This document shows positions 1-9,815 of a DNA stretch of 64,000 bases, piece by piece. Position numbers and translations under genes: made by a program. The stretch covers positions 3,480 through 67,479 of the forward strand of contig DASPNA010000062.1 of assembly GCA_035626775.1 (NCBI GenBank), read 5' to 3'. The first letter of the stretch is position 1, and the number at the start of each line of letters is the position of its first letter. The notes below the pieces were generated by a model. That model saw only the letters and a program-made list of their open reading frames with translations, had not been told where the DNA came from and ran no database searches. Source of the stretch: Thermoanaerobaculia bacterium (lineage in GTDB: Bacteria > Acidobacteriota > Thermoanaerobaculia > Gp7-AA8).

Positions 1-1668
1 GACCACGCGCTGCTCGATGCTCACCCTCACCTGCTCGGCCGCGAGCGCGCGCCGCACCGCATCCGAGCTCTCGCCCGCTTCGCGCTCGGCGAGATGTTCG
101 AGGTATGCGCGATACGCCTCGCGCTCGAGCAGCGGAGCAAACGTCGACTGATCGAGACGGCGCGTCGTACCAGCGACGAGACGCGGCTCGTCTCCCGGTT
201 TTACTTTGCCCATGACGAGGACTTCGTCGCCGGGCGCGATGTCGTCGAACTGCGCAGGATAGATCCATTCCGCACCGGGATCCGCGAGACGTACAGACCC
301 GCCGAGCGGCCGACGCAGTTCCTCCGCCGCCTCGGCCGCGCGCGACGCCAGCGCATCCGTGAACGGCACACGCACGATGCGTCCGCGCTTCGCGGTGATG
401 GCCTTCGCCGTCGGCGCGTCTTCGCGGCTGCCAAGAATCAGGGCGTGGACGCGGGTGTTGGCGGGGATGTTCGCGATCGCGTTCTGCAGATCGTGCGCGG
501 CGGTCGTGCCGAGCGTGGCCACGAGGTCGCTGGCGATGACTGCGGTGCGCGACGGATCTTTCTGCGCGCGCGAGGAGAGATCACCAATCACCGCCGCCAG
601 ATCGGTGCCGCCGATGAAGAGGCGGTCGCGGAGCAACTCCCCGACGCGGCGCGAAAGCGAGGAGGCGCTGCCACGCGCGAGCGGCACCACGTCGTTGTCG
701 AACGCGACGAGTTGCACGTCGTCGCTCGCCGGCAACGATGCGAGCAACTCCTCCAGCGCGCGAATCCGATGCGGCGCGCCTTCCGCCGATGATGCCGACG
801 TGTCGACGTAGAACAGCCAACTGCTCGGCGGCGCCTGCTGGTCGGCGCCGGAAACATTCGGACGCAGCGCCGCGAGATAGAAATCACCCGCGCGCAACAG
901 GATCGGCGCGTTCCCTTCGCCGCGCGACGTGAGCACGATGTCGCGATCCGGCGTCCAGTTCTGTTGATCGAAGCTCGTCACCTCGGCACTGCTCGTCGTG
1001 AACTGGCCCGGCGTCGCGGCGTTCGGGATCGGCGTGACGAACGCGCGGAACGTCAACTTGTTGACCTTCGCCAGCCCGCGCAGCGGCAGCGTGTACGTGC
1101 GCGTGCCGTCGCGCAGCGGCAGCAGCGTCGTGTACGACAGGACCAGGCGCACCGGCGCGTTCGCCTCGATCGGGAAGACGCGCGCGGAGAAGCGGTTGCC
1201 CTGGTCCTGCTCGAGCAGCGCCGGGTCGCGCATCTGATGCAGGAATTGCTCGTAAACCTGATTGGCGCGCAGCCGCTCGACGACCTCCCCTTCCATGAGT
1301 TGCCCGTTCACTTCCTTCGCGAAGCGGCTGATGGCCGCGTTCGCGGGAAGGACGCAACTGAAGCGGCCCTCGATGCGCCGCGCCTGCGGATTGCGGAAGC
1401 GCAGCTCGAGCTCGGTCAGCGACAGCATCCCGTGGATGGCCGTGCGCACGGAGAGCTCCTCGAAGATCAGCTCCTGGCCGTCGGGATCCGCGAATGTGAT
1501 CGGAGGCGGCGGCGGCGCGTCCGGCTTCGCGATACGCCGCGCGGGCACGAGCGTCATGGCTGCCGAGTCCGGCTTCTGCTGCGGCGCGGCGCCGAGGAGG
1601 AGGCCGACGATGACGGCGAAGAGGAGGGTGGCGGTGAGCGAGAGCGAGCGAGTGTAAGAGGACGGCAT
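1..1668 (-). CDS. VIT + von Willebrand A domain protein, N-terminal 556 aa (C-terminus lies beyond window start)
   Basis: Manual minus-strand translation from ATG (rc of cat 1666-1668): MPSSYTRSLSLTATLLFAVIVGLLLGAAPQQ (signal/anchor), VIT-like ELSVRTAIHGMLSLTELELRFRNP, vWA MIDAS motifs LFYVDTSAS and GGTDL. Frame open to position 1. Absent from ORF track because no stop falls in the window. Confidence 0.6.
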   Translation of the reverse strand, partial: MPSSYTRSLSLTATLLFAVIVGLLLGAAPQQKPDSAAMTLVPARRIAKPDAPPPPPITFADPDGQELIFEELSVRTAIHGMLSLTELELRFRNPQARRIEGRFSCVLPANAAISRFAKEVNGQLMEGEVVERLRANQVYEQFLHQMRDPALLEQDQGNRFSARVFPIEANAPVRLVLSYTTLLPLRDGTRTYTLPLRGLAKVNKLTFRAFVTPIPNAATPGQFTTSSAEVTSFDQQNWTPDRDIVLTSRGEGNAPILLRAGDFYLAALRPNVSGADQQAPPSSWLFYVDTSASSAEGAPHRIRALEELLASLPASDDVQLVAFDNDVVPLARGSASSLSRRVGELLRDRLFIGGTDLAAVIGDLSSRAQKDPSRTAVIASDLVATLGTTAAHDLQNAIANIPANTRVHALILGSREDAPTAKAITAKRGRIVRVPFTDALASRAAEAAEELRRPLGGSVRLADPGAEWIYPAQFDDIAPGDEVLVMGKVKPGDEPRLVAGTTRRLDQSTFAPLLEREAYRAYLEHLAEREAGESSDAVRRALAAEQVRVSIEQRVV

Positions 1669-1711
1669 GCACGCTTAGACAAGGGCATGGGCGCGGAGGA
1701 AACCAGCATTT

Positions 1712-1773
1712 CTCCGTGCTCTTTGTGCTCTCTGTGGTTTTTTTTCACCACAGAGAGCACAGAGAGCACGGAG
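1712..1773. promoter_or_regulatory. 26-bp-arm imperfect inverted repeat with T8 loop in divergent promoter region between VIT/vWA gene and giant protein 1
   Basis: ctccgtgctctttgtgctctctgtgg-tttttttt-ca-ccacagagagcacagagagcacggag, one mismatch. Each arm contains a direct 9-bp duplication (gtgctct / agagagcac). Confidence 0.45.
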
Positions 1774-1852
1774 GTCGGTGCGCAAAATCACATAGAGGCT
1801 AGCCCTTCGAGGCGATAATCGGCGGTCCATTCGTCCCGAAAGGTCCGTCACC

Positions 1853-4800
1853 ATGCACGCTCGTTCACTGAGAATCCTCGCTCTGCTCCTGTTCTTTGCC
1901 ACGCCGCTTGCCGCCGATACGTTCACGCTCGTCGCCAGCGGCGGCAGTTGGAGCAACAACACGGTCTGGTTGCAGAACGGACTGCCCGCGGTGCGCTATC
2001 CCGGCTCGCTCGCCGGTACGGTCGACATCGTCAATCTGACGGTCCCGCTCTACACGGTCGCGGTGGATGTCGTGTTGAGCGAAGGGGTCGAGCTGCACGC
2101 GAACTGCCCGAGCAACACCAGCACGTGCGTGGTCGACGTCGGCGCCGCCGGCCTGCTGCGAACGTCCGGCGGAATCTCCACGATCACCGATGACGCGCAC
2201 CTGAAGCTGACCGGCGGCACGATCGAGGTTCGCGGCGCGCTCTCCCTCGGAGTCGGTTCGAAGTTCGACTGGAGCTCGGGGACGCTCACCGGCGTCGGCG
2301 CGACCGACATCGCGTACGACAGCGTCGACCCCGCGATTCTCACTCTCGTCAACGGCATCCTCGACGGCCACTCGCTCACCGTGCACGGCAAGGCGATCTA
2401 CACCGGCAGCTTTGGCATCAACAACGGCGGCCAGGTCGACATCACGACGAACGGCATCTTCGACATCCAGACGCTCGGTCCGATCACGACGAACAACCCG
2501 GCCACGTCGAAGATCGTGAACGGCGGCACGTTCGAAAAAACCGGCGGCGCGGGCGGCACGAACATCTCCGTTCCGCTGAACAACAACGGCATCGTGAAGG
2601 CGTGGTTCGGCACGCTGGTGCTGAGCGATGGCTCGCATACCAACGGCACGTTCGACGTCGCCTCGACGCACGGCCTCGAGATCGCCGGCACGTTCAATGG
2701 CACGTGCACGATCCAGGGCGCGGGCACGACCAAGATCGTCGGCACGCCCGTCATCGAGAACGGCGCGACGCTCAACGTCAACGGCGCGCTGTCGATGCTC
2801 GGCGGCTGGCTGCAGGGTCCCGCCGCCGGCACCGGCGTGGCCAATGTCAGCAGCGTGGTCACGTTCGACGGCGGCGCATGGCGGCGCAATCTGACTGTGA
2901 ACATGCTCACCGCATCGACGCTCGATGTCACCGGCGTGGCCAGTGTGGTTCTCGACGATGCCACCGTCGTCGCCGATGCCGGCGCGCTCGTGAAGATCAA
3001 TCCCGGTGTGAGTCTCGCGATCAACACAGGCAGCTCGATCACGAACAACGGCACGCTGCGGCTGACCGGCGACGTGACCGTTACGTCCGACGGCGTGTTC
3101 TCCCCGTTCATCGTCAACAACGCGCTGCTGGAGAAAACGGCCGGCGCGGGGATCGCGCGCATCGCCACGAAGGTCGACAACAACGGCACCGGCACCATCA
3201 GTGTTGCCAGCGGCGAGCTCGCGCTCAACGGCGGCGGGACGAGCAGCGGCACGATCAACATCCCCGCGGCCACGAACCAGCTCGTGTTCGAGAGCAACAC
3301 TTACACGCTCGCAGCGGGATCGTTGTTCAACATCACCGACCTGGGCTGGTTCCGCGTCGACGGCGGGACGTTGTCGCTCAGCGCGCCGCTCACGCTGAAG
3401 TTCGTCCATCTCCGTTCCGGCACACTCCGCGGATCGACGTTGATCATCAACAACGGCCTGAAGTGGAACGGCGGCACGATCCTCGGACCCGGTACCACGC
3501 AGATCGCCAGCACCGCTTCCGTCGACCTCGCGAACCTCACCGGATTCGCACTGCTCGACCAGCGCACCATCGAGAACGATGGTGCGGTCACGTACAACGC
3601 CGGCTTGTTCGGGCTGCGCATGTCCAACGGCGCGATCTGGAACAACCGGAATGGCGCGAGCTTCACCATCACCGGCGACGGCGCGATCGAGAGTCCGTCC
3701 GGCGTCAACGCGTTCAACAACCTCTCGGGCGCTACGGTCGCGAAGAACGGCGGCGCCAGCGGCACGCGCTTCGACGTCATCCTCACCAACGCCGGCACGA
3801 TTTCCTCGAACTCGCCGAACGGCACGATCATCGTCAACAACGGCGGCTCGATGACCGCGGGCTCGCTCGTGGTCAGCAACAGCGCGAACATCCACTTCTT
3901 CAACGGCACGTTCGCGATCAGCGGCGGCGTGATCACCGGCTCACCCGGCGTGGTGACGGTGCTCAACAACGGCCAGTTGAGCATCACGGACAGCGTCGTG
4001 TGCGCGGCGGCGTTCTCCATCTCGAACGGCGGCGTGCTCGACGTCGCACCGCTCAAAGTCTTCGCCATTGATGACTTTTTCTGGAGCGGCGGCTTGATCC
4101 AGGGCGGCGGCCAGGTGCGCGTCGCGGTGAGCGGCCTCGTGACGAATGCGGCGCCGACGACGCTGAGCGGCGGAACGGCGCTGACGATCGACAACACACT
4201 CGACTACGACGCCGACGCCATCAACCACCTCACCATCAACGACACCGCGCAACTCAGCCTCGGCCCAACCGCCGTGATGAGCCTGCGCCTCGACGGCATC
4301 CTCGCGGGTGCGTCGACGGCGACGATCGTCAATCAGGGCACACTGAAAAAGACCGTTGGCACCGGTACGTCGCGCATCGATGTACGCATCAACAGCAGCG
4401 CCGGCGCGGTTGGCGTGACCACGGCCGGATTTCTCCACCTCAAGACAGGCGGCGGCACCGGCAGTCTCGCCGGCACGCTGATCGACACCGGCACCGGCAG
4501 GATCCAGTTCGACGGCGACTATCTGATCGGCGCCGGCTCGTCGTTCATCGGCACGGGCACGGTGCAGATCGTATCGGGGATCGTGTCGATCACGCCGAAC
4601 GTGACCATCGAAAACCTCCTGCTCGATGGCGGCGCACTTTCGGGCAGCGGCGTCGTGGCGATCAACGGCGGCAAATGGACCGGCGGCGACATGGACGGCG
4701 GCGGCACCACGAGCGTCAATGCCGGCAAGACCTTCGAGATCGCCACCGGCACGACCAAGAAACTGCGCCGGTCGCTGATCAACAACGGCACGCTGCTGTT

Positions 4801-7800
4801 CCAGAACCTCCCGGCCGCGTTGACGATGGAGAACGGCGCGACGCTGACCAACAACTCGCTCACCGAGCTGCAGATGAACACCAACTTCTTCTGCACCTGC
4901 ACGCCGTCCACGTCGCGCTTTCACAACACGGCCACGGGCACGCTGCGCCAGTTCAACGCCGCGGGCACGAGCAACTTCCTCACCGTGTTCGACAACGACG
5001 GCGACGTCGACGTCGAGACCGGCATCCTGAACCTGATGAACGGCGGCACGCATACCGGCTCGTTCGGTGTGGACGCCGTGACGTTCCTGCAGTTCAGCGG
5101 ACCGGGCGACACATTCTCATCCGCGTCATCGATCGGCGGCGCAGGCGCAGTCGGGTTCGCCGGCACGAACAGCGTCTTCGCCGGTACGTACACGCTGACC
5201 GGCGCGAATGCGAAGACGATCGTGCAGGGCAACGTCACGTTCAACAGCAACGTGAGCACGCCCGCGCTCGAGCTTCGCTCCGGCACACTCGGCGGCACGG
5301 CGAATGTCGTCATCGCCGGCGGCGGCCCGGTGAGCAGTTGGCAGGGCGGCACGATCCAGGGCAGCGGCGCGCTCACCATCGCATCGGGCGCCGTCGTCGA
5401 CCTCAACACATCGTCGGCCGTAATCCTCGTGAGCGGCCGCACCATCACCAACAACGGCACCATCAACTACACGGCGTCGGTCAATCCGCTCACGCTCGGC
5501 GGCGGCGCCTCGATCGTGAACGCGCTCACGCTCGACGTGCAGACCGACACCGCGATCGCCATCGGCGCCGGCGGCGGCTCGATCACGAACAACGGCACGT
5601 TCACGAAGACCACCGCCACCGGTACCACCAGCATCGCACCCGCCTTCACGAACACGAACCTCGTCGACCTCACCAGCGGCATCGTCGACTTCGGCGGCGG
5701 CTTCACGCAGAGCGCCGGCCTGACGAAGCTCAACGGCGGCAACATGGGCGGTTCGTCCGTCGCGCTCAACGGCGGCACGCTCTCCGGCAACGGCACCATC
5801 ACCGCCGACGTCACCAACGGCGCGACGTTGTCGCCGGGCACGAGTCCGGGCGCGATCACGATCAGCGGCAACTACACGCAGACGAATGCAGGCACGCTCG
5901 CCATCGATCTCGGCGGCACGACACCCGCGACACAGTACGACCAGCTCAACGTCACCGGCACCGCCACGCTCAACGGCACACTCAACGTCGCATTCTTCGG
6001 CGGCTACATCCCGACCGGCGGTGAGACGTACGACGTCCTGAACTTCGCGTCGCGCAGCGGCGACTTTGCGGTGAAGACGCTGCCGGTGTTCCCGGCCGGC
6101 GGCTCCATCGAAGCGAATTACTTCCCGACGAAGCTGCAGCTCGCGGCAGTCGTAACGCAGACCGATCTCGCGGTCTCGCAGACTGATTCCGGTCCCGCGC
6201 TGCACAACGACACCGTGACCTTCACCGTCACCGTCACCAACAACGGTCCTTCCACCGCGGCCGGCGTCACGCTCGTCGATACGCTGTCGAATGCCACATT
6301 CATCTCCGCGACGTCGACGGTCGGCACGTGCAGCGGCACAGGACCGATCAACTGCAACATCGGCGGCCTCGCGCCGACGCAGAGTGCAGTCATCACGATC
6401 ACGGCCACCGCGAACTCGGTCGGCACGATCACCAACAACGCGAGCGTGAGCTCATCGACATTCGATCCGGACAACAGCAACAACAACGCGCCGACCGCCA
6501 GTATCATCGTCTCGCCGAAAGCAGACCTCGGCGTCACGATCACCGACGCAATCGATCCGGCCAATCCGCTGCAGAACGTGCTCTACAGCGTCAACGTCGT
6601 GAACAACGGTCCCGACAGCGCCGCATCGGCATCCATCGCGGTGTCGATCACCAATGGCTCCATCACCAGCGCGTCCGGCGCGCCGTTCACGTGCAGCGGC
6701 ACCGGGGCCAGCGCAACGTGTACGTCCGCCTCGCTCGCACCGGGCAGCTATGTCATCACCGTGGCCGCCCAGGCTCCCGCACAAGGGACGATGACGCTCA
6801 GCGCCACCGCGTCATCGAGCACGACCGATGTGCCGACGACGAACAACACCGCCAGCGAGACCACGACCATCAATTCGTTCGTCGACCTCACCATCACGAA
6901 GAGCGGTCTCACCAACGCCACCGCCGGCAGCGGCATCGTCTACACGATCACCGTGAAGAACACCGGTCCGTCCGACGCCGCGAATGTGGTCGTCGACGAT
7001 CCCACTCCCGCCGGCCTCTCATTCACCGGCAACAGCGGCGCGTGTTTCACGACGTTCCCCTGTTCGCTCGGCACCTTGACCGCGGGCCAGACCAAGGTCA
7101 TCACGTCGCAATGGAACGTGGAACCCGACACGCAGGGCACGGCCATCACGAACGTCGCCACCGTCTCCACGACGACTGCCGACACCGCCCCCGGCAACAA
7201 CACCGCCACCGCGACGACCACCGTTGATTGCACGAACACGACGCCAACGAATCTCCAGCCTGCGAACGGCGCCACGGTTGCTGCCGATGGCACGCTCTCC
7301 TGGAACGGCACGGGCAGTTCGTACACCGTCTTCCTCGGCCCCGCCGGCAGCGGCTGCACCACTCAGTTCGCAACCACCACTTCCACCTCGGTCACGTACT
7401 CCCTCACGCCAGGCACCACGTACGAATGGCGGGTTCGCAGCCACCTCGGCAACTGCGCGGTGCAGACCTCGAGCTGCATCACGTTCACGACCGCGCAGCA
7501 GTGCATCGCGCCGCAGGCTCCACTCGCACGCGTCGTCGCACAGACCACCACCGACAAGACTTACGCGGTCGAGTGGGACCTCGTGCCGGGCGCAACGCGC
7601 TACGAACTCGACGAAGCGACCAACGCCGCATTCACGAATGCGCAGACGTTCCAGGTCACCGGACTCTCGAAGTCCTTCAAGCACGACGTCACCGAACCGA
7701 CGGCGTTCTACTACCGCGTGCGCGCGTTCAACGATTGCGGTGTGGAAGCAGGACCGTATTCGCTCGCCATCCGCGCGGTGATCGTGCCGCTGCCCAGCGG

Positions 7801-9562
7801 CGACGACCCGCAGGACGTCAACGTGCCCGCCGGCTCCACAGAGCTCATCGTGCAAAGCCTCTTCGTCCCCGGCGAGCCGGACCAGACGTTGTTCTTCAAC
7901 GCCACCGCCGATCGTCCGTGGCTCACCGTGCGGCCCGCCAGCGGCGTGCTCACGCCCAACGGCGTCACGCTCGAAGTCACCGCCGATCCGCGCAACCTGC
8001 CGAACGGTACGTTCACCGCAAGCGTCATCGTCACGTTCGACGAGGGCTCTGGCATTCGCACGAACGCGAGCACGAAGAAGACGTTCCCGATGGCCATCAA
8101 CCTCGTCACACCGGTTTCGCCCGTCCCCGATAAAGGCGCCACGTCGCAGTTCGCGATGATCATCCCTACCGTCGGTCACCTCGGCGGCATCAACTCGCAA
8201 TGGCAGTCCGACGTGCGCGTCACGAACGCCGGCTTCCTCCCCGCGCGCTATCGCCTCACGTTCACGCCCGCCGCCGGCACCGCGCACGGCGTGCAGCAGA
8301 CCATCATCACCGTCGACGCCGGCGCGACCACCGCGCTCGATGACATCATCAGCAGTTGGTTCGGCATCGGCGCGCTCGGCGAGAACGCCAGCGGCATGCT
8401 CGAGATCCTGCCGCTCGATGACGCCGCGGTCGCCGCCGCCAGCACCGTCGCGTCGAGCCGCACGTACAACGTCACCGCGAACGGCACGCTCGGGCAGTTC
8501 ATCCCCGCGATCCGCTACGGCGGCTTCATCGGCAAGGCTCTCGAGAACGCGCTGCCGCAGATCCTCAGCCTGCAGCAGATCGCCGAGACCGGCGCGTATC
8601 GGACGAACGTCGGCATCGCCGAAGGCTCGGGTGAAGCCGCGTCGGTGCTGATGCGCTTCTTCGACGGCGGCGGCGCGAAGCTGCTCGAGCTGCCGCTGGA
8701 ACTGGCGGGCGGCGAACAGCGGCAGATGAACGCGATCCTGGCGCAGCACGGTTTCTCCGTCGCCGACGGCCGCGTCGAAGTGGAAGTCCTCGGCGGCACC
8801 GGCAAGGTGACTGCTTACGCGTCGGTGGTCGACAACCTCACCAACGATCCACTCCTGGTCAGCGGCACGCTGCTCGCGCAGGACGGCACGACGCGCTGGG
8901 TGCTGCCCGGCGCGGCGAGCCTCGACACGGCCATCGCGCATTGGCGCACCGACATGCGCGTCTTCAACTACGGCGCCGCGCCGCAGCCTGCGACGCTCAC
9001 GTTCTTCCCCGCCGCCGGCGGTGCGCAGGCCAGCACGGAAGTGTTGCTCGAGCCGGGCGAAGTGCTGACGCTCGACAACATCGTGAAGTCGACGTTCGGA
9101 CGCGACAACGCGGGCGGCGTCGTGCACCTCGACACCGCGACGAATGCGAACCTCATCGTCACCGGCCGCACGTACAACGAGACCGCAGCCGGCACTTACG
9201 GCCAGTTCATCCCGGCCGTCACGAGCGCCGAAGCAACGGGAATCGGCGGGCGCACGCTGCACATCCTGCAGGTCGAGGACTCCGTGCGCTATCGCACCAA
9301 CCTCGGCCTCGCGGAAGTGACAGGGCAGCCGGTGACGGTGGAAGTGCAGGTGTGGCTGCCGGACTCGAAGGTGACGCCGACGGTGGAGGTCCCGCTGGCC
9401 GCAAACGAGTTCCGCCAGTTCGGCCTCCGCGACCTCGGCCTCGGCAGCGTCTACAACGCGCGCGTCACGGTGCGCGTGATCGAAGGGACGGGTCGCGTCA
9501 CGGCTTACGGTTCGGTGATCGATGAGCTGACGCAGGATCCGACGTATGTGCCCGCGCAGTAA
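1853..9562 (+). CDS. Giant secreted protein 1 (2569 aa): signal peptide, PATR/autotransporter-passenger-like beta-helix repeats, DUF11 repeats, FN3-like domains, shared C-terminal tandem module
   Basis: Long ORF with signal peptide MHARSLRILALLLFFATPLAADT. Roughly 25-35 aa G/N/T-rich repeats with xKTGxG...NNG...GTL pattern through about aa 1400. DUF11 signature TVTFTVTVTNNGPSTAAGVTLVDTL. FN3-like YELDEA/W motifs. C-terminal 480 aa homologous to ends of the other two giants. Ends DPTYVPAQ. Confidence 0.85.
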   Translation: MHARSLRILALLLFFATPLAADTFTLVASGGSWSNNTVWLQNGLPAVRYPGSLAGTVDIVNLTVPLYTVAVDVVLSEGVELHANCPSNTSTCVVDVGAAGLLRTSGGISTITDDAHLKLTGGTIEVRGALSLGVGSKFDWSSGTLTGVGATDIAYDSVDPAILTLVNGILDGHSLTVHGKAIYTGSFGINNGGQVDITTNGIFDIQTLGPITTNNPATSKIVNGGTFEKTGGAGGTNISVPLNNNGIVKAWFGTLVLSDGSHTNGTFDVASTHGLEIAGTFNGTCTIQGAGTTKIVGTPVIENGATLNVNGALSMLGGWLQGPAAGTGVANVSSVVTFDGGAWRRNLTVNMLTASTLDVTGVASVVLDDATVVADAGALVKINPGVSLAINTGSSITNNGTLRLTGDVTVTSDGVFSPFIVNNALLEKTAGAGIARIATKVDNNGTGTISVASGELALNGGGTSSGTINIPAATNQLVFESNTYTLAAGSLFNITDLGWFRVDGGTLSLSAPLTLKFVHLRSGTLRGSTLIINNGLKWNGGTILGPGTTQIASTASVDLANLTGFALLDQRTIENDGAVTYNAGLFGLRMSNGAIWNNRNGASFTITGDGAIESPSGVNAFNNLSGATVAKNGGASGTRFDVILTNAGTISSNSPNGTIIVNNGGSMTAGSLVVSNSANIHFFNGTFAISGGVITGSPGVVTVLNNGQLSITDSVVCAAAFSISNGGVLDVAPLKVFAIDDFFWSGGLIQGGGQVRVAVSGLVTNAAPTTLSGGTALTIDNTLDYDADAINHLTINDTAQLSLGPTAVMSLRLDGILAGASTATIVNQGTLKKTVGTGTSRIDVRINSSAGAVGVTTAGFLHLKTGGGTGSLAGTLIDTGTGRIQFDGDYLIGAGSSFIGTGTVQIVSGIVSITPNVTIENLLLDGGALSGSGVVAINGGKWTGGDMDGGGTTSVNAGKTFEIATGTTKKLRRSLINNGTLLFQNLPAALTMENGATLTNNSLTELQMNTNFFCTCTPSTSRFHNTATGTLRQFNAAGTSNFLTVFDNDGDVDVETGILNLMNGGTHTGSFGVDAVTFLQFSGPGDTFSSASSIGGAGAVGFAGTNSVFAGTYTLTGANAKTIVQGNVTFNSNVSTPALELRSGTLGGTANVVIAGGGPVSSWQGGTIQGSGALTIASGAVVDLNTSSAVILVSGRTITNNGTINYTASVNPLTLGGGASIVNALTLDVQTDTAIAIGAGGGSITNNGTFTKTTATGTTSIAPAFTNTNLVDLTSGIVDFGGGFTQSAGLTKLNGGNMGGSSVALNGGTLSGNGTITADVTNGATLSPGTSPGAITISGNYTQTNAGTLAIDLGGTTPATQYDQLNVTGTATLNGTLNVAFFGGYIPTGGETYDVLNFASRSGDFAVKTLPVFPAGGSIEANYFPTKLQLAAVVTQTDLAVSQTDSGPALHNDTVTFTVTVTNNGPSTAAGVTLVDTLSNATFISATSTVGTCSGTGPINCNIGGLAPTQSAVITITATANSVGTITNNASVSSSTFDPDNSNNNAPTASIIVSPKADLGVTITDAIDPANPLQNVLYSVNVVNNGPDSAASASIAVSITNGSITSASGAPFTCSGTGASATCTSASLAPGSYVITVAAQAPAQGTMTLSATASSSTTDVPTTNNTASETTTINSFVDLTITKSGLTNATAGSGIVYTITVKNTGPSDAANVVVDDPTPAGLSFTGNSGACFTTFPCSLGTLTAGQTKVITSQWNVEPDTQGTAITNVATVSTTTADTAPGNNTATATTTVDCTNTTPTNLQPANGATVAADGTLSWNGTGSSYTVFLGPAGSGCTTQFATTTSTSVTYSLTPGTTYEWRVRSHLGNCAVQTSSCITFTTAQQCIAPQAPLARVVAQTTTDKTYAVEWDLVPGATRYELDEATNAAFTNAQTFQVTGLSKSFKHDVTEPTAFYYRVRAFNDCGVEAGPYSLAIRAVIVPLPSGDDPQDVNVPAGSTELIVQSLFVPGEPDQTLFFNATADRPWLTVRPASGVLTPNGVTLEVTADPRNLPNGTFTASVIVTFDEGSGIRTNASTKKTFPMAINLVTPVSPVPDKGATSQFAMIIPTVGHLGGINSQWQSDVRVTNAGFLPARYRLTFTPAAGTAHGVQQTIITVDAGATTALDDIISSWFGIGALGENASGMLEILPLDDAAVAAASTVASSRTYNVTANGTLGQFIPAIRYGGFIGKALENALPQILSLQQIAETGAYRTNVGIAEGSGEAASVLMRFFDGGGAKLLELPLELAGGEQRQMNAILAQHGFSVADGRVEVEVLGGTGKVTAYASVVDNLTNDPLLVSGTLLAQDGTTRWVLPGAASLDTAIAHWRTDMRVFNYGAAPQPATLTFFPAAGGAQASTEVLLEPGEVLTLDNIVKSTFGRDNAGGVVHLDTATNANLIVTGRTYNETAAGTYGQFIPAVTSAEATGIGGRTLHILQVEDSVRYRTNLGLAEVTGQPVTVEVQVWLPDSKVTPTVEVPLAANEFRQFGLRDLGLGSVYNARVTVRVIEGTGRVTAYGSVIDELTQDPTYVPAQ

Positions 9563-9626
9563 TCTGGAGCGACGGGCTCTCAGCCCGTCGAAAAGCAGGC
9601 GGGCTGCGAGCCCGCCTCTCCAGATG
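9563..9626. repeat. REP-like nested palindromic element, family 4 (copy 1 of 2)
   Basis: tctggagcgacgggctctcagcccgtcgaaaagcaggcgggctgcgagcccgcctctccagatgg. Near-identical copy at 44657-44713. Immediately after stop of giant gene 1. Confidence 0.6.
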
Positions 9627-9815
9627 GCCTCACGTGATCTCTCTCACGGCGGTTGAGCTCGCGAAGCCCTACATTCTTCGCGGGTTCCTGCTCACAGTCG
9701 GATTGAAACGTTTATCATCGTTCGATCACTAACTGACTGCTGATCGTTTGCGCCGGTGGCCGCTTCCACCGTACGCGCGCGTGTGTATGTGAACGTCCAA
9801 CGGGAGAGCTCTGCG

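Noticed and set aside
94-1818. ORFs 94..792+, 201..434-, 359..811+, 884..1672-, 964..1818+ and others at the window start
   Set aside because: All overlap the manually identified VIT/vWA coding frame on the minus strand. Their translations are Arg/Ala/Gly-rich low-complexity strings typical of out-of-frame or antisense reading of high-GC coding DNA.
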